Below are positions 46,990 to 58,959 of a stretch of DNA of 64,000 nt, piece after piece. The notes beneath the pieces were generated by a model that made no database searches, was not told the origin of the DNA, and saw only the letters and a program-made list of their open reading frames with translations. The stretch covers positions 194,242-258,241 of the forward strand of contig CAVXJN010000001.1 in assembly GCA_963762165.1 (NCBI GenBank), written 5' to 3'. This stretch comes from an uncultured Gammaproteobacteria bacterium (GTDB taxonomy: Bacteria > Pseudomonadota > Gammaproteobacteria > JASBUN01). Made by a program: the position numbers and the translations under genes. Positions within the stretch are counted from its first letter, which is position 1. Each line of letters starts with the position of its first letter.

Positions 46990-47605
46990 TCAGCCGGCGC
47001 TGAACGGCAGCAATAAGTCCGGCACCACCACCCGTTCTTCCCCCACCGCGTCGCGCAGCATGCGGTGGCGTTCGGCCGGGTGTTCCAGTTCGGTAAGCAG
47101 AAACCCGTCGCAGGCGCTGGCGGCACGGTTGAGATCGCGCCACACCGGTCGGTCCATGAAATTGATCTCCGTTCTGCGCCGGGATGGAACGTACCCGTGA
47201 TCTCCAACCCCAACTCCATATTCTTCAGCACCGCAATCTCCGCCAGATCCGAGATGCCGCACAGAGTCCGATGCGCGCGAACCCGCGTGCTTGGCAGGTC
47301 AGCAGCGCAGTGCGGCAGGCGTTGGCGGCTTGACGATAAAACGTGAACGAGCCCGTCAAGTAGCGGCCCACGAGCCGGCTCTTCTCGGCGAAACCTTTCG
47401 GCGTCAGATAATAGAGATAGCGGTTGGGCGGGACCTGCTGAACTTTGATCAGACCCCATTGAATACAGCGTCTCAGATAGGAATTGGCGAGACCCAGAGC
47501 GATGCCGAGGCGCCGGGCGAGATCCCGTTGGGTGACATCTTCCCGCTGCTCGATGGCCCCCAGCAACTCCAGCGTATGCGCCTCGTCCTTGTCGGCTCCG
47601 TTCAT
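46990..47605 (-). CDS. EPS-associated MarR-like winged-helix regulator with C-terminal domain (frameshifted)
   Basis: TQRDLARRLGIALGLANSYLRRC..GLIK..RYLYYLTPKGFAEKSRL. Confidence 0.82.
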
Positions 47606-47641
47606 CCGCTGAACGATACAGAAATGAGTGACTTAGGGCAA
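47599..47641 (-). promoter_or_regulatory. Putative leaderless promoter with palindromic operator over the start codon
   Basis: TTGCCC-N17-TATCGT 7 nt before ATG; CGTTCA-N5-TGAACG at 47599-47615. Confidence 0.55.
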
Positions 47642-47679
47642 CGATTTGGCGAGCTGGATTGGCCACGGGCCAATACCGC

Positions 47680-48230
47680 TCAAGCGAGTGGTTCGAGCTG
47701 ATGGAGTGACAGATCGACCTGGGTGAACGCACCGGCAAATGACAGCAGGATGGTCACCCGATCGCGACTGGTCCGGGCGTGGAATACGCCTTCGTAACCA
47801 CTCATCGCCCCATCGACGATGCGGACCCGGTCACCTTGGGAAAACTCAGGCGCCGGCAGATTCTGGCAACCGCTGCGCATCGTCCCGCGAGCGTAGGTAA
47901 GGCGACGAAATCCGATGCGACGCGAGCGGGCTTGAATCCGAAATACACCAGGCCGCTGACGCCGAAGGTGGAGCGGATCGGCGACCAGTTGTCGGTATCC
48001 TGATCCAGGTGAATGAACAGGTAGCGCGGAAACAGCGCGTCGACGATTTCCACGTAGCGCCCTTTGCGCCGGCGCCGATCCTTCATCAGCGGCAAATAGA
48101 CTTCGTAGCCCTGACGTTCGAGGTTCTCGCGCGCATAACGTTCTTGGCGTGGCTTGGTGTAGATCAGATACCAAGCCTTTTGTGTGTCAGAGGGCCGTGC
48201 TGCTGGGGAATCGGCCATGGCCTGCTCCAT
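47680..48230 (-). CDS. rfaH: Transcription antiterminator RfaH (frameshift near 47865)
   Basis: WYLIYTKPRQE..A.ENLERQG, LFPRYLF, IRSTFGV, GDRVRI..G. Confidence 0.92.
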
Positions 48231-48232
48231 CG

Positions 48233-48631
48233 TTACGCAGGCGGTATTGTACCGTTACCGGGGGGCGGTAGACCAATTGCTGTGCGCAACCAACGGCCGA
48301 GTTCCAGGTCCCGGGCCAATCCGGCCCAGGACCTGGCGGCCTGCTCGTTACTGACCGCGCAGGGTATGTCGATCCGGATATCGGCTCGGTTCATGTCCAC
48401 GGTGTGTTGGCCAATGCCCTTGACGACGGTGAGGTCATCGGCGGTCTTGAAGGGCCCATGGGCGTCGCGGTGCGCGACGATGGCCTCTGCTTTCTTCAAG
48501 CCGATGCCTTTCAGATTACTGGCGATGGTGTTTGCGTCGGCCAAATTGATATCCACCGGCGCCGCGGATACCGCGCCGCACGCACCCGCGAACAGGACCA
48601 ACATGAGAATCGTACGCAGAAAACGCGTCAT
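48233..48631 (-). CDS. comEA: ComEA-family helix-hairpin-helix DNA-binding protein (3' end may be overextended)
   Basis: Signal peptide; VDINLAD, LKGIGLKKAEAIV..R..HGPF, VKGIG. Confidence 0.88.
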   Translation of the reverse strand: MTRFLRTILMLVLFAGACGAVSAAPVDINLADANTIASNLKGIGLKKAEAIVAHRDAHGPFKTADDLTVVKGIGQHTVDMNRADIRIDIPCAVSNEQAARSWAGLARDLELGRWLRTAIGLPPPGNGTIPPA

Positions 48632-48634
48632 GGT

Positions 48635-48724
48635 ATGACCTCCTTGTCATCGAATGTGGCTTGATGTTGCCGGCGTCCAATGCCGGCGCGTACCCGATAT
48701 TACCCCAATTTGGAGTACTGTCAA
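48635..48724 (-). promoter_or_regulatory. comEA promoter and leader with two GGA-loop hairpins
   Basis: TTGACA-N16-TAATAT; GCCGGC-ATTGGAC-GCCGGC; ATGAC-AAGGAG-GTCAT covering the SD. Confidence 0.6.
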
Positions 48725-49434
48725 TTGCTCACTTCGGCATGCAGGTCCCGCAGCACGGCCAGCGGATCTTCCGCCCGCGTCACAGGCCGCCCGACAACCA
48801 GATAATCACTGCCCGCCTGCAAGGCCGCCTTGGGCGTCATGACCCGTCGCTGATCTCCGGCATCGCTCCCGGCCGGACGTATTCCGGGGGTCACCAGCAG
48901 GAACCCGGCACCGTGGCTTTCCCGCAGCATCGGCGCTTCGTGCGCCGAACACACCACGCCGTCCATGCCGCTTTGCTGCGCCAACTTGGCGAGCCGGACC
49001 ACCTGGTAGGTGGGATCGCCCGTGAGCCCCACCTCGGCCATGTCCTCGCGGCTCATGCTGGTGAGCACCGTGACCGCCGTGATCAAAGGCCGTTGACCCC
49101 GCAGATCGACCGCTTCGCGCGCCGCCTCGAGCATGCGACGGCCTCCCAGCGCATGCACGTTGATCATCCACACTCCCAGTTCTGCAGCCGCGCGGCAGGC
49201 GCCGGCGACTGTGTTCGGGATGTCGTGAAATTTGAGATCCAGAAAGATCTCGAAGCCCAACGCACGCAGCCGCTCCAGCAATGCCGGTCCGGCTGCAGTG
49301 AACAACTCCTTGCCTACTTTGAGTCGGCACATCGCCGGATCGAGTCGACCCGCCATGGCTTCGGCCTGTTCGGCACCGGCCACGTCCAGTGCAACGATAA
49401 TGCGCGGACCGACCGCTTGTGAAACAAATGTCAT
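48721..49434 (-). CDS. pyrF: Orotidine-5'-phosphate decarboxylase
   Basis: [31 protein letters not shown]. Confidence 0.97.
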   Translation of the reverse strand: MTFVSQAVGPRIIVALDVAGAEQAEAMAGRLDPAMCRLKVGKELFTAAGPALLERLRALGFEIFLDLKFHDIPNTVAGACRAAAELGVWMINVHALGGRRMLEAAREAVDLRGQRPLITAVTVLTSMSREDMAEVGLTGDPTYQVVRLAKLAQQSGMDGVVCSAHEAPMLRESHGAGFLLVTPGIRPAGSDAGDQRRVMTPKAALQAGSDYLVVGRPVTRAEDPLAVLRDLHAEVSN

Positions 49435-49530
49435 GCTAAATTCCCTGCCATTCGTGAAAACCGTATTCAATTCGATCGCAGCCGGGTTTCGGCACGCAGA
49501 CCCAGATGTTCAAACCCCTGCACCGGCCGT

Positions 49531-49556
49531 GTAGGTCGGACTATTGTCCGACCTAT
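49531..49556. repeat. REP-like palindrome
   Basis: GTAG-GTCGGAC-TATT-GTCCGAC-CTAT in the lapB-pyrF spacer. Confidence 0.55.
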
Positions 49557-49730
49557 GAGTACCCTGCCTTACCTCTGACGCCAACATGGCGTCATTGCGT
49601 CAAAGATGAAAGCCGGACGCATTCTATTGCCGCTGGCAACGCCGGCGGAATGTGGGCGTTGCGTGGGGATCCACCCTTGCGCGCCTGGACCTATCCTACG
49701 GCCAGACACGTGCATTGGAAACCGGTGCCG

Positions 49731-50897
49731 TCATTCTCCAACCACACCCTGGATCGGCTTGACACTGTTCCACGACTTGCAGCTCGGACACTGCCAATGC
49801 AGCTGTTTGCCGGCGAATCCGCAGCGATGACATTCGTAGACGGCTTTGCCATCCAGCAGATTGGTGGCCAGGTCATGCAAAATGGTCAGCGTATCCCGGG
49901 CCTCGCCACTGCTATGGTCCAGGCTCCGGTTGATCAACCACTCCAGACCGCGCACCGATGGCCGCCGACGCAACTGATCGATCACGAAATCGGCAGCCGC
50001 TTGCTCCCCATCACGGTCGCGGATTTCTTCAGCGAGCGCCAGAATCGGTGAAATGCCGCTGTAGCGGTCGAGCGACTCCTTCAAGAACGCGGCGTACGCA
50101 TCACTTTGTCCCGCTTCGCGATAACAGTTCCGCAGCGGCGAGATCACTTCGGGCAAATATTCGATGTCCTGTTCGGAGACCTTGCGATATGCGCGTATCG
50201 CCGCCTTGCAGTCCCCTTGGGCGACTTCCAGGGTGCCCAGCAAAATGCTCGCGCGCGCGCAGTTGCGATCGAAAGTCAGGGCCCGTTTGATATGTTGCCG
50301 CGCCGTGCCGCTGTCACGTTCCTGCAAGGCTTTCTGCGCCAGTTCGCAATAGTACTGAGCGATCACGTCGTGCATCGGGGTGCCGCTGATCTCTTCCAGA
50401 CGGCGTGCGATTTCGATCGCCTTTTCCCAGTCCTGCTCCTGTTGGTAGATGTCGAGCAGATGCCGCAGGGCGCGCTCGGTGTGGCTATTGAGTTCGGTCA
50501 GTTCCAGGAACAGGTTCTCGGCGCGGTCGAACAGGCCCGCCTTCATATAATCTTCGCCCAGTTCCAACAGCGCCTGAGCACGCTGGTCCCGGTCCAGCGT
50601 CGGCCGCGCGATCAGATTCTGGTGAATACGGATCGCCCGGTCCACTTCACCGCGGCGACGAAAGAGATTGCCGAGTGCCAGGTGGGTCTCGACGGTGTCG
50701 CTGTCGACCTCCACCATCTTGATGAACACTTCGATCGCTTTGTCGGGCTGCTCATTCAGCAGATAATTCAGTCCGCGGAAATAATCGGAACTGAATTCCC
50801 GCGTCGGACGTGCACTCACGCGCACCCGCGAGCGGCGCGCCGCGAACCATCCGGACGCGGCCGCGACGGGCAGCAGCAACCAAAGCAATTCCAGCAT
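49731..50897 (-). CDS. lapB: LPS assembly protein B
   Basis: LLPVAAASGW, YFRGLNYLL.EQPDKA, TPRs, rubredoxin-like C..CGF..WQCPSC. Confidence 0.96.
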   Translation of the reverse strand: MLELLWLLLPVAAASGWFAARRSRVRVSARPTREFSSDYFRGLNYLLNEQPDKAIEVFIKMVEVDSDTVETHLALGNLFRRRGEVDRAIRIHQNLIARPTLDRDQRAQALLELGEDYMKAGLFDRAENLFLELTELNSHTERALRHLLDIYQQEQDWEKAIEIARRLEEISGTPMHDVIAQYYCELAQKALQERDSGTARQHIKRALTFDRNCARASILLGTLEVAQGDCKAAIRAYRKVSEQDIEYLPEVISPLRNCYREAGQSDAYAAFLKESLDRYSGISPILALAEEIRDRDGEQAAADFVIDQLRRRPSVRGLEWLINRSLDHSSGEARDTLTILHDLATNLLDGKAVYECHRCGFAGKQLHWQCPSCKSWNSVKPIQGVVGE

Positions 50898-51190
50898 CAA
50901 TGACGATCCCGGATCGGGATGTTGCGCAAATTCATGATCTCTTTTTCTGCGAGTCGATTTTCGCGGCGCAGGCCAGAGTTGGTGCGCTTCAGACGCAGAA
51001 TCACGCCCAGACTCGCAACGACGCCCAAAAGCGCGCCGAGCGTGAGTGTCAGTGCCAGCAACAAGGCCAAAGGCACATCGCTCGAGCCAAAGTAGTACTC
51101 CAAGGTTACCGATTCGGCGTTCATGACCGAAAACGTCAGGCCAGCGCCGAGTACGAGCAACAGCAGGAGCAAAGCCAGAATCCGCATCAT
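50897..51190 (-). CDS. lapA: LPS assembly protein A
   Basis: Two TM segments, N.ESVTLEYYFG, C-terminal coiled coil; between ihfB and lapB. Confidence 0.85.
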   Translation of the reverse strand: MMRILALLLLLLVLGAGLTFSVMNAESVTLEYYFGSSDVPLALLLALTLTLGALLGVVASLGVILRLKRTNSGLRRENRLAEKEIMNLRNIPIRDRH

Positions 51191-51387
51191 ACTTCCCCTT
51201 TTTGGTTCCGATCGCGGGAAGCGTGCAAGGCGCCGCCGCGCGAGTTCCGCCTCCGATATATTTCGATGATAACGCAGCCGCCTCGGCGCCGATACGGAGC
51301 CCAAACGCAACGAACCGGGCACCGACCAAGGTCGCGTGCCCGGTTCGCAGCGATCGAATCCGGGGGTGTGAAGCTTACAGCGTGGCG

Positions 51388-51693
51388 CTAATTGTTCAGC
51401 GCGTCGGTTTCGGTCCGTTCGTTCACACGCTCCCGCAGTTCCTTGCCGGGCTTGAAGTGCGGCACGTGTTTGCCGGGTAGGGAGACCGACTCGCCGGTCT
51501 TGGGATTGCGTCCCACCCGGGGCGGGCGGAAATGCAGGGAAAAACTGCCAAAACCCCGGATTTCGATCCGGTTGCCCGTCGCCAGTGCCTGACTCATCTG
51601 CTCGAGCAGGCCTTTGACCGCCAGCTCGACATCCTTATACGCGAGGTGATTCTGCTTACGTGCAAGCGACTCTATCAGTTCTGACTTTGTCAT
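51388..51693 (-). CDS. ihfB: Integration host factor beta
   Basis: [35 protein letters not shown]. Confidence 0.97.
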   Translation of the reverse strand: MTKSELIESLARKQNHLAYKDVELAVKGLLEQMSQALATGNRIEIRGFGSFSLHFRPPRVGRNPKTGESVSLPGKHVPHFKPGKELRERVNERTETDALNN

Positions 51694-51772
51694 TATGTTT
51701 TTCCCAATCAGCGCGAGACCTCAGCCCCCGAGTGCCTCTAATCTTACCTGCTACCCCAAGATGGGCAAGTAG

Positions 51773-51799
51773 CAAAGGCGCCGGCGTCAGGCCGGCGCC
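51773..51799 (-). terminator. Hairpin after rpsA (weak terminator)
   Basis: GGCGCCGGC-N5-GCCGGCGCC followed by a short TTT. Confidence 0.5.
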
Positions 51800-51807
51800 C
51801 CATTGCC

Positions 51808-53486
<1,679 letters not shown>

Positions 53487-53635
53487 TGGTATGTAAATCC
53501 CAAGCCCTTCATTCAGGACTTTAATGTGAACTGCGATCTCGGACATGCGGCCATCGCAGGTTGTCGTTGCGAGCTCCGGACACGGGCCAAGCGTGCGGTT
53601 CCCAATTTGATAACGCGTACTTCGATTCACCGGCT

Positions 53636-54317
53636 TCAGGGTAATTGCCGCGCACGAACCAAATCCATGACTCGTTCCACCACTGCATCGATAGCCAGAT
53701 CCGTGGTATCGAGCAGCTGCGCGTCGTCCGCCGGCTTCAGAGGCGCCACGGCTCGTGAGGCGTCGCGCCGATCGCGTTCCGCGATCTCCTCTGAAAGGGC
53801 TGAAAGGCTACCATCGAATCCTTTTTCCTTCAACTGTTTATATCGTCTTTTCGCGCGCTCCTCGGCGCTGGCGGTCAGGAACACCTTGAGCTCGGCATCG
53901 GGAAAAACCACGCTCCCCATGTCCCTGCCATCGGCCACCAGGCCCGGTGGCTGGCGAAAGGCCCGCTGGCGGGCCAGCAGGGCCGCGCGCACGGCCGCCA
54001 GGGCCGCCACCTTCGAGGCCGCGTTGCCTGCTTGTTCGGTGCGAATTGCATCGCTGACGTCGTCCCCTTCCAGGAGTACGCGGGTCGCGTCGCCGGCGCC
54101 CTGAAATTGCACATCCAATTGCCGCGCCAGGGACTCCAGCCCGGATTCGTCGGCCAGGCCGATTTCATGGCGTTGCGCAGCCAGGCCCACCAGCCGGTAC
54201 AGTGCACCACTATCGAGCAAGTGCCAGCCCAGCTGCGCCGCGACCCGGCGGCAGATGGTGCCCTTCCCGGACCCGCTCGGGCCCGTCGATGGCCAGGACC
54301 GGGGTCTGCCGGCTCAT
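53636..54317 (-). CDS. cmk: Cytidylate kinase (frameshifts near 54260-54285)
   Basis: [35 protein letters not shown]. Confidence 0.93.
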
Positions 54318-55629
54318 CGCGGCTGCGACTCGATTTGCAGTCCGCAGGCGGCGGCCAGGCCGACGAAGCCCGGGAAGGAGGTATTGACGTTGGCACAATC
54401 ACGGATCGTGATCGCGCCCTCTGCCCGCAAGGCCGCCATCGCAAACGCCATCGCAATCCGGTGGTCGCCGTCACTGGCCACAGTGCCGCCGCCAAGCGCG
54501 CCGCCCTGGATCACCATGCCGTCGGCCGTCGGTCGCGCATCGATACCCAATGCCTGCAGTCCGTCGGCCATGACCTGGATCCGATCGCTTTCCTTGACCC
54601 GCAGCTCTTCGGCACCGGTCAGTACCGTTTCGCCTTCGGCGCAGGCCGCCGCCACGAACAACGCCGGAAATTCATCGATCGCCAGGGGCACCAGCTCCGC
54701 CGGGATTTGCATGCCGCGCAGGGAAGCGGAGCGAACCCGGATATCGGCAACCGGCTCGCCGCCTACTTCGCTCCGGTTGTCGATGCTGAGATCCGCGCCC
54801 ATGAGCCGCAGATACCTCGATTACACCGGTGCGGGTGGGATTCATGCCGACATGGGTAAGCACCAGGTCGGACCCGGGGGCGATACTGGCACCCACCAGA
54901 AAGAAGGCCGCGGAAGAGATATCCGCCGGAACATCGATACTGCAGCCGCGGAGCCTGCCGTCACCCCGGAGGCAGACGCGATCGTGGTCACGTTCGACTT
55001 CGTAGCCAAAGCCCCCCAGCATCCGTTCCGTATGGTCGCGGGTGGGTGCCGGCTCGGTGATACAGGTACGACCGTGCGCATACAGGCCGGCCAACAACAG
55101 GCAGGATTTCACCTGCGCACTGGCGACCGGCAAGCGGTAATCGATACCCTGCAATCGGGCACCGCCGCGAATACGCAACGGCGCGGTGCCGGCGTCCGTG
55201 GTCACGATGGTCGCACCCATCAACCCCAGCGGTTCGGTCACGCGGCGCATGGGCCGTTTGGAAAGAGAGGCATCCCCGGTCAGTTCGACGTCGAATGCCT
55301 GACCGGCCAGCAAACCGCTCATCAGGCGCATGGAAGTGCCGGAATTGCCCAGATTCAGCGCTCTTTGCGGCGGCCGCAGCCCATGCAGGCCGACACCGCG
55401 TACGCTGACATGCCCGTTCGCAGGACCGTCGATGGCAACTCCGAGATCACGAAACGCCTGCAAGGTGGCCAGACTGTCCTCGCCTTCCAGGAAGCCGGTG
55501 ATTTCCGTGCACACCGTCGGCCAGGGAACCGAGCATGATGGCGCGATGGGAAATGGACTTGTCGCCCGGCACCCGCACATCACCGCACAGACGTCCGCCC
55601 GGCTGTACCAAAAAAGAAACGTCGTTCAT
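54314..55629 (-). CDS. aroA: EPSP synthase (frameshifted)
   Basis: [39 protein letters not shown]. Confidence 0.95.
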
Positions 55630-55794
55630 CGAGTCCACGCGCGCGCTCAGTTGTGATAGCTGGAAAATGGCGAAGGATACCTGATTTGCCGCGTTCACCG
55701 CGAACTTAAGCTCGAGGGTCCCGCAGAGCGGGCGCAACGGATTGCGCCGTACACCGTCTAGAAGCGCAGTTGGCTCAGGCTCACGGGCAGCGAC

Positions 55795-56665
55795 TCAACC
55801 GCCGCAATAGCGGTCACGTGCCTTTTTTGCGCGGATGAAAACTTCCAACAGCCGCTCGCCGTCGCGTTCCTGGATCGCATCGCGCATGCCACTGAGATCC
55901 GCCTGGTAGCGCTCGATCATGTCCAGCACCGCGGTCCGGTTGGCGAGGCAGATATCGCGCCACATGACCGGATCGCTGGAGGCGATGCGGGTGAAATCGC
56001 GAAAGCCGCCGGCGGCATACTGGAACACTTCCTCTCGTTCGCCGAGGCGGGACAGGGTATCGACCAAGGTGAACGCAAGTACATGGGGCAAGTGACTGGT
56101 GGCGGCCAGCACTTCATCGTGATGTTCGACGCTCATCTCGGCCACGTCCGCGCCGACGCCTTGCCATAGCGCGCGAACCCGACCGAGGGCCCCGGTGTCG
56201 CATTCGGCGGTGGGCGTGAGAATCACCTTTCGCCCCTGGAACAATTCCGCAAATGAAGCGTCGACGCCGCTACGCTCCGTACCGGCAATGGGATGACCGG
56301 GAACGAACCCGGGTGGCAAGGCGCCGAACACGGCGCGTGCCGCCTCCACCACGCAACCTTTGGCACTGCCGACGTCGGTCAATACGGCATCGGGCCGCAG
56401 ACTCGGGCGGATCGTTTCCAGCAATTCGCGCATCGCGCCGAGCGGCACTGCCAAGACCACCAGATCTGCGTCTTCGACAGCAGCGCACGGATCGCGTCTC
56501 ATAGCGATCGATGACGCCCAGTTCCACCGCTTTTTTCAGATTCGTTTCGCTGCGTCCGCAGCCCACCACTTCGCCGATCAGTTGCGCCTGGCGCGCGGCA
56601 CGGGCCAGCGAACCGCCGATCAGACCGACGCCGATGATGCAGACTTTTTCGAAGATGCGCGCCAT
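55795..56665 (-). CDS. tyrA: Prephenate/arogenate dehydrogenase (frameshift near 56500)
   Basis: IIGVGLIGGS, TDVGSAK, HPIAGTE, SHLPH, GGFRDFTRIA. Confidence 0.9.
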
Positions 56666-56672
56666 GGGCAAC

Positions 56673-57801
56673 TCAGCTGCCGATCGCCTTGGCCAGGGCC
56701 GTAAGAAAGCGCTGGTTTTCCTTTTCCGTGCCCACGGTCACACGCAGGAAATTCGGCAGCTCATAGCCGCCGACCGGGCGCACGATTACACCGTCGTACA
56801 ACATCCGATCATAGATCTGCGCTCCCGGCCGACCGACGTCGACACAGAGAAAGTTGCCCACCGACGGCAGCACCGACAACCCCAGTGCCGCCATGCCCTC
56901 GCGCAATTGCGTCATTCCGGCGCTATTCATGCGTACACTTCGGCGCACGTGGTCGCCGTCCTGGAGCGCCGCCAGCGCTGCCGCCTGTGCGGGTGCGTTG
57001 ACGTTGAATGGGCTGCGCACCCGGTTCAATAGATCGGCCACCTCGTGGATGGGACAAGGCGTAACCCACCCGCAGGCCGGCGAGACCGTACACTTTCGAA
57101 AACGTCCGGGTCACGACCAGATTGGGATATCGATCCAGCCACTTGCTGGCATCGGGAAAATCCGCTTCCTGGACATATTCGAAATAGGCCTCATCCACCA
57201 CGACGAGCGTCTGGCGCGGCAGTTCGCGGATAAACGCCTCGAGCTCCGCTGCGGCGATCCAGGTGCCGGTCGGGTTATTCGGGTTGGCGATGAACACGAC
57301 GCGGGTCTGTTCATTGACCAAGTCCGCGATCGCCTTCAGGTCGTGGCCGTAGGCCATTGGATGATCGGCTGGCAGTGCCGCGGCGATCCGCGCTTCGGCA
57401 CCGACCGCCTGGGTCGCGATCGGATACACCGCGAACGCATGGCGGGAAAACACGGCGTTGCGGCCGGGGCCGAGAAACGCCCGCGCCACCATATCCAGCA
57501 CATCGTTGGAACCATTGCCCAAGGTGACCGAAGCCGGTTCGAGATCATGACGCTTTGCCAAGGCCGAACGCAGATCGAACCCGGCGCCGTCGGGATAGCG
57601 CGCGACGTGCGGCACGGCCTCCATTGCCGCAGCCAGCGCCAATGGCGACGGGCCGAGCGGATTTTCGTTGGATGCGAGTTTGACCGCATCGCGCACGCCG
57701 TATTCGCGCTCCAGTTCGCTCAACGGTTTACCGGGCTCGTAGGGTCGCAGGCCGCGCACGCCGTCGCAGGCGAGATCGGCTATGGAAACTGCATCGTTCA
57801 T
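56673..57801 (-). CDS. hisC: Histidinol-phosphate/aromatic aminotransferase (frameshift near 57045)
   Basis: KLASNENPLG, NPNNPTG, DEAY, RTFSK.YGLAGLRVGY. Confidence 0.92.
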
Positions 57802-57857
57802 ATCGTACTCGGGCTATTTGATTGAGGCTGCTCGGGCGTCGGCATCGCGGAGGCGAG

Positions 57858-58943
57858 TTACAGCACAGCCTGGGGATAGGAACCCAGTACCTTGCACATG
57901 TTCGCCTGGGCCGACAGCGCTTCCAGCGCTTTTGCCACCGGCTCGTCGTCGACATGACCCTCCACATCGACGAAGAAGACGTATTCCCACATGCCGCGCC
58001 GCGACGGGCGGGATTCGATCCGGGTCATGCTGATGCCGTGCTCGACGAACGGCATCAACAACCGATACAGCGCGCCGGCGCGGTTCTCTGCCGAAACCAG
58101 CAGCGAAGTCTTGTCTTTGCCGGAACGGGGCACGGATTGCTTGCCGATCACCAGAAAGCGAGTGGTGTTCTCCGGTTGATCCTCGATATTGTTCGCCAGT
58201 ACGGTCAAACCGTAGATGTCGGCGGCAGCGTCTCCGGCGATCGCCGCCGCTCCCGCCGTGCCGGCGACCCGGCGCGCCGCTTCCGCATTGCTGCTGACGG
58301 CAATTCGTTCGGCCGCGGGCAAGTGCCGGTCCAGCCATTCGCGGCATTGACCAAGGGATTGCTGATGGGAATACACCTGCCGAATGTCCGCCATGGCGCT
58401 ACCGCCGGACAACAACAAATGATGAATCCGCAACTGCACCTCGCCGCAGATATTGAGTTGCGATTGCATGAACATATCCAAGGTATGCGTTACCACGCCT
58501 TCGCTGGAATTCTCCACCGGCACGACACCGTATTGTGCCGCGCCCGAGGACACTTCGCGGAACACTTCGTCGATCGTGGCCAGCGGCACCGTGGTCACCG
58601 AATGCCCGAAATGCTTCAGCGCCGCCGCCTGGGTAAAGGTACCTTCGGGCCCGAGGAATGAAATTTTCAGGGGTTGCTCGAGCGCCAGGCAGGCGGACAT
58701 GATCTCCCGGAACAGACGCGCAACTTCCTCGGCGCTCAGAGGGCCTTGGTTGCGGCCTTTGATTTCCTGCAGGATCTGGGCTTCGCGCTCGGGCCGGTAG
58801 AAATGGTTGTCGTCGCCGGCGGCGCGTTTCACCTGTGCCACTTCCTGGGCACAATGCGCCCGTTCGTTGAGCAGGTCCTGAATTTGACGGTCGAGGGCGT
58901 CGATCTGCGCGCGGATGCGTTCCAGCTTTTCGTGTTCGCTCAT
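57858..58943 (-). CDS. pheA: Chorismate mutase / prephenate dehydratase
   Basis: N-terminal CM domain, FLGPEGTF, PVENSSEG, NTTRF, IESRPS. Confidence 0.96.
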   Translation of the reverse strand: MSEHEKLERIRAQIDALDRQIQDLLNERAHCAQEVAQVKRAAGDDNHFYRPEREAQILQEIKGRNQGPLSAEEVARLFREIMSACLALEQPLKISFLGPEGTFTQAAALKHFGHSVTTVPLATIDEVFREVSSGAAQYGVVPVENSSEGVVTHTLDMFMQSQLNICGEVQLRIHHLLLSGGSAMADIRQVYSHQQSLGQCREWLDRHLPAAERIAVSSNAEAARRVAGTAGAAAIAGDAAADIYGLTVLANNIEDQPENTTRFLVIGKQSVPRSGKDKTSLLVSAENRAGALYRLLMPFVEHGISMTRIESRPSRRGMWEYVFFVDVEGHVDDEPVAKALEALSAQANMCKVLGSYPQAVL

Positions 58944-58959
58944 CTGTCGCCGCCGTCCG

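Noticed and set aside
48263-48272. Second ops-like GGCGGTAG upstream of rfaH
   Set aside because: It is on the template strand for these genes and lacks the downstream TG
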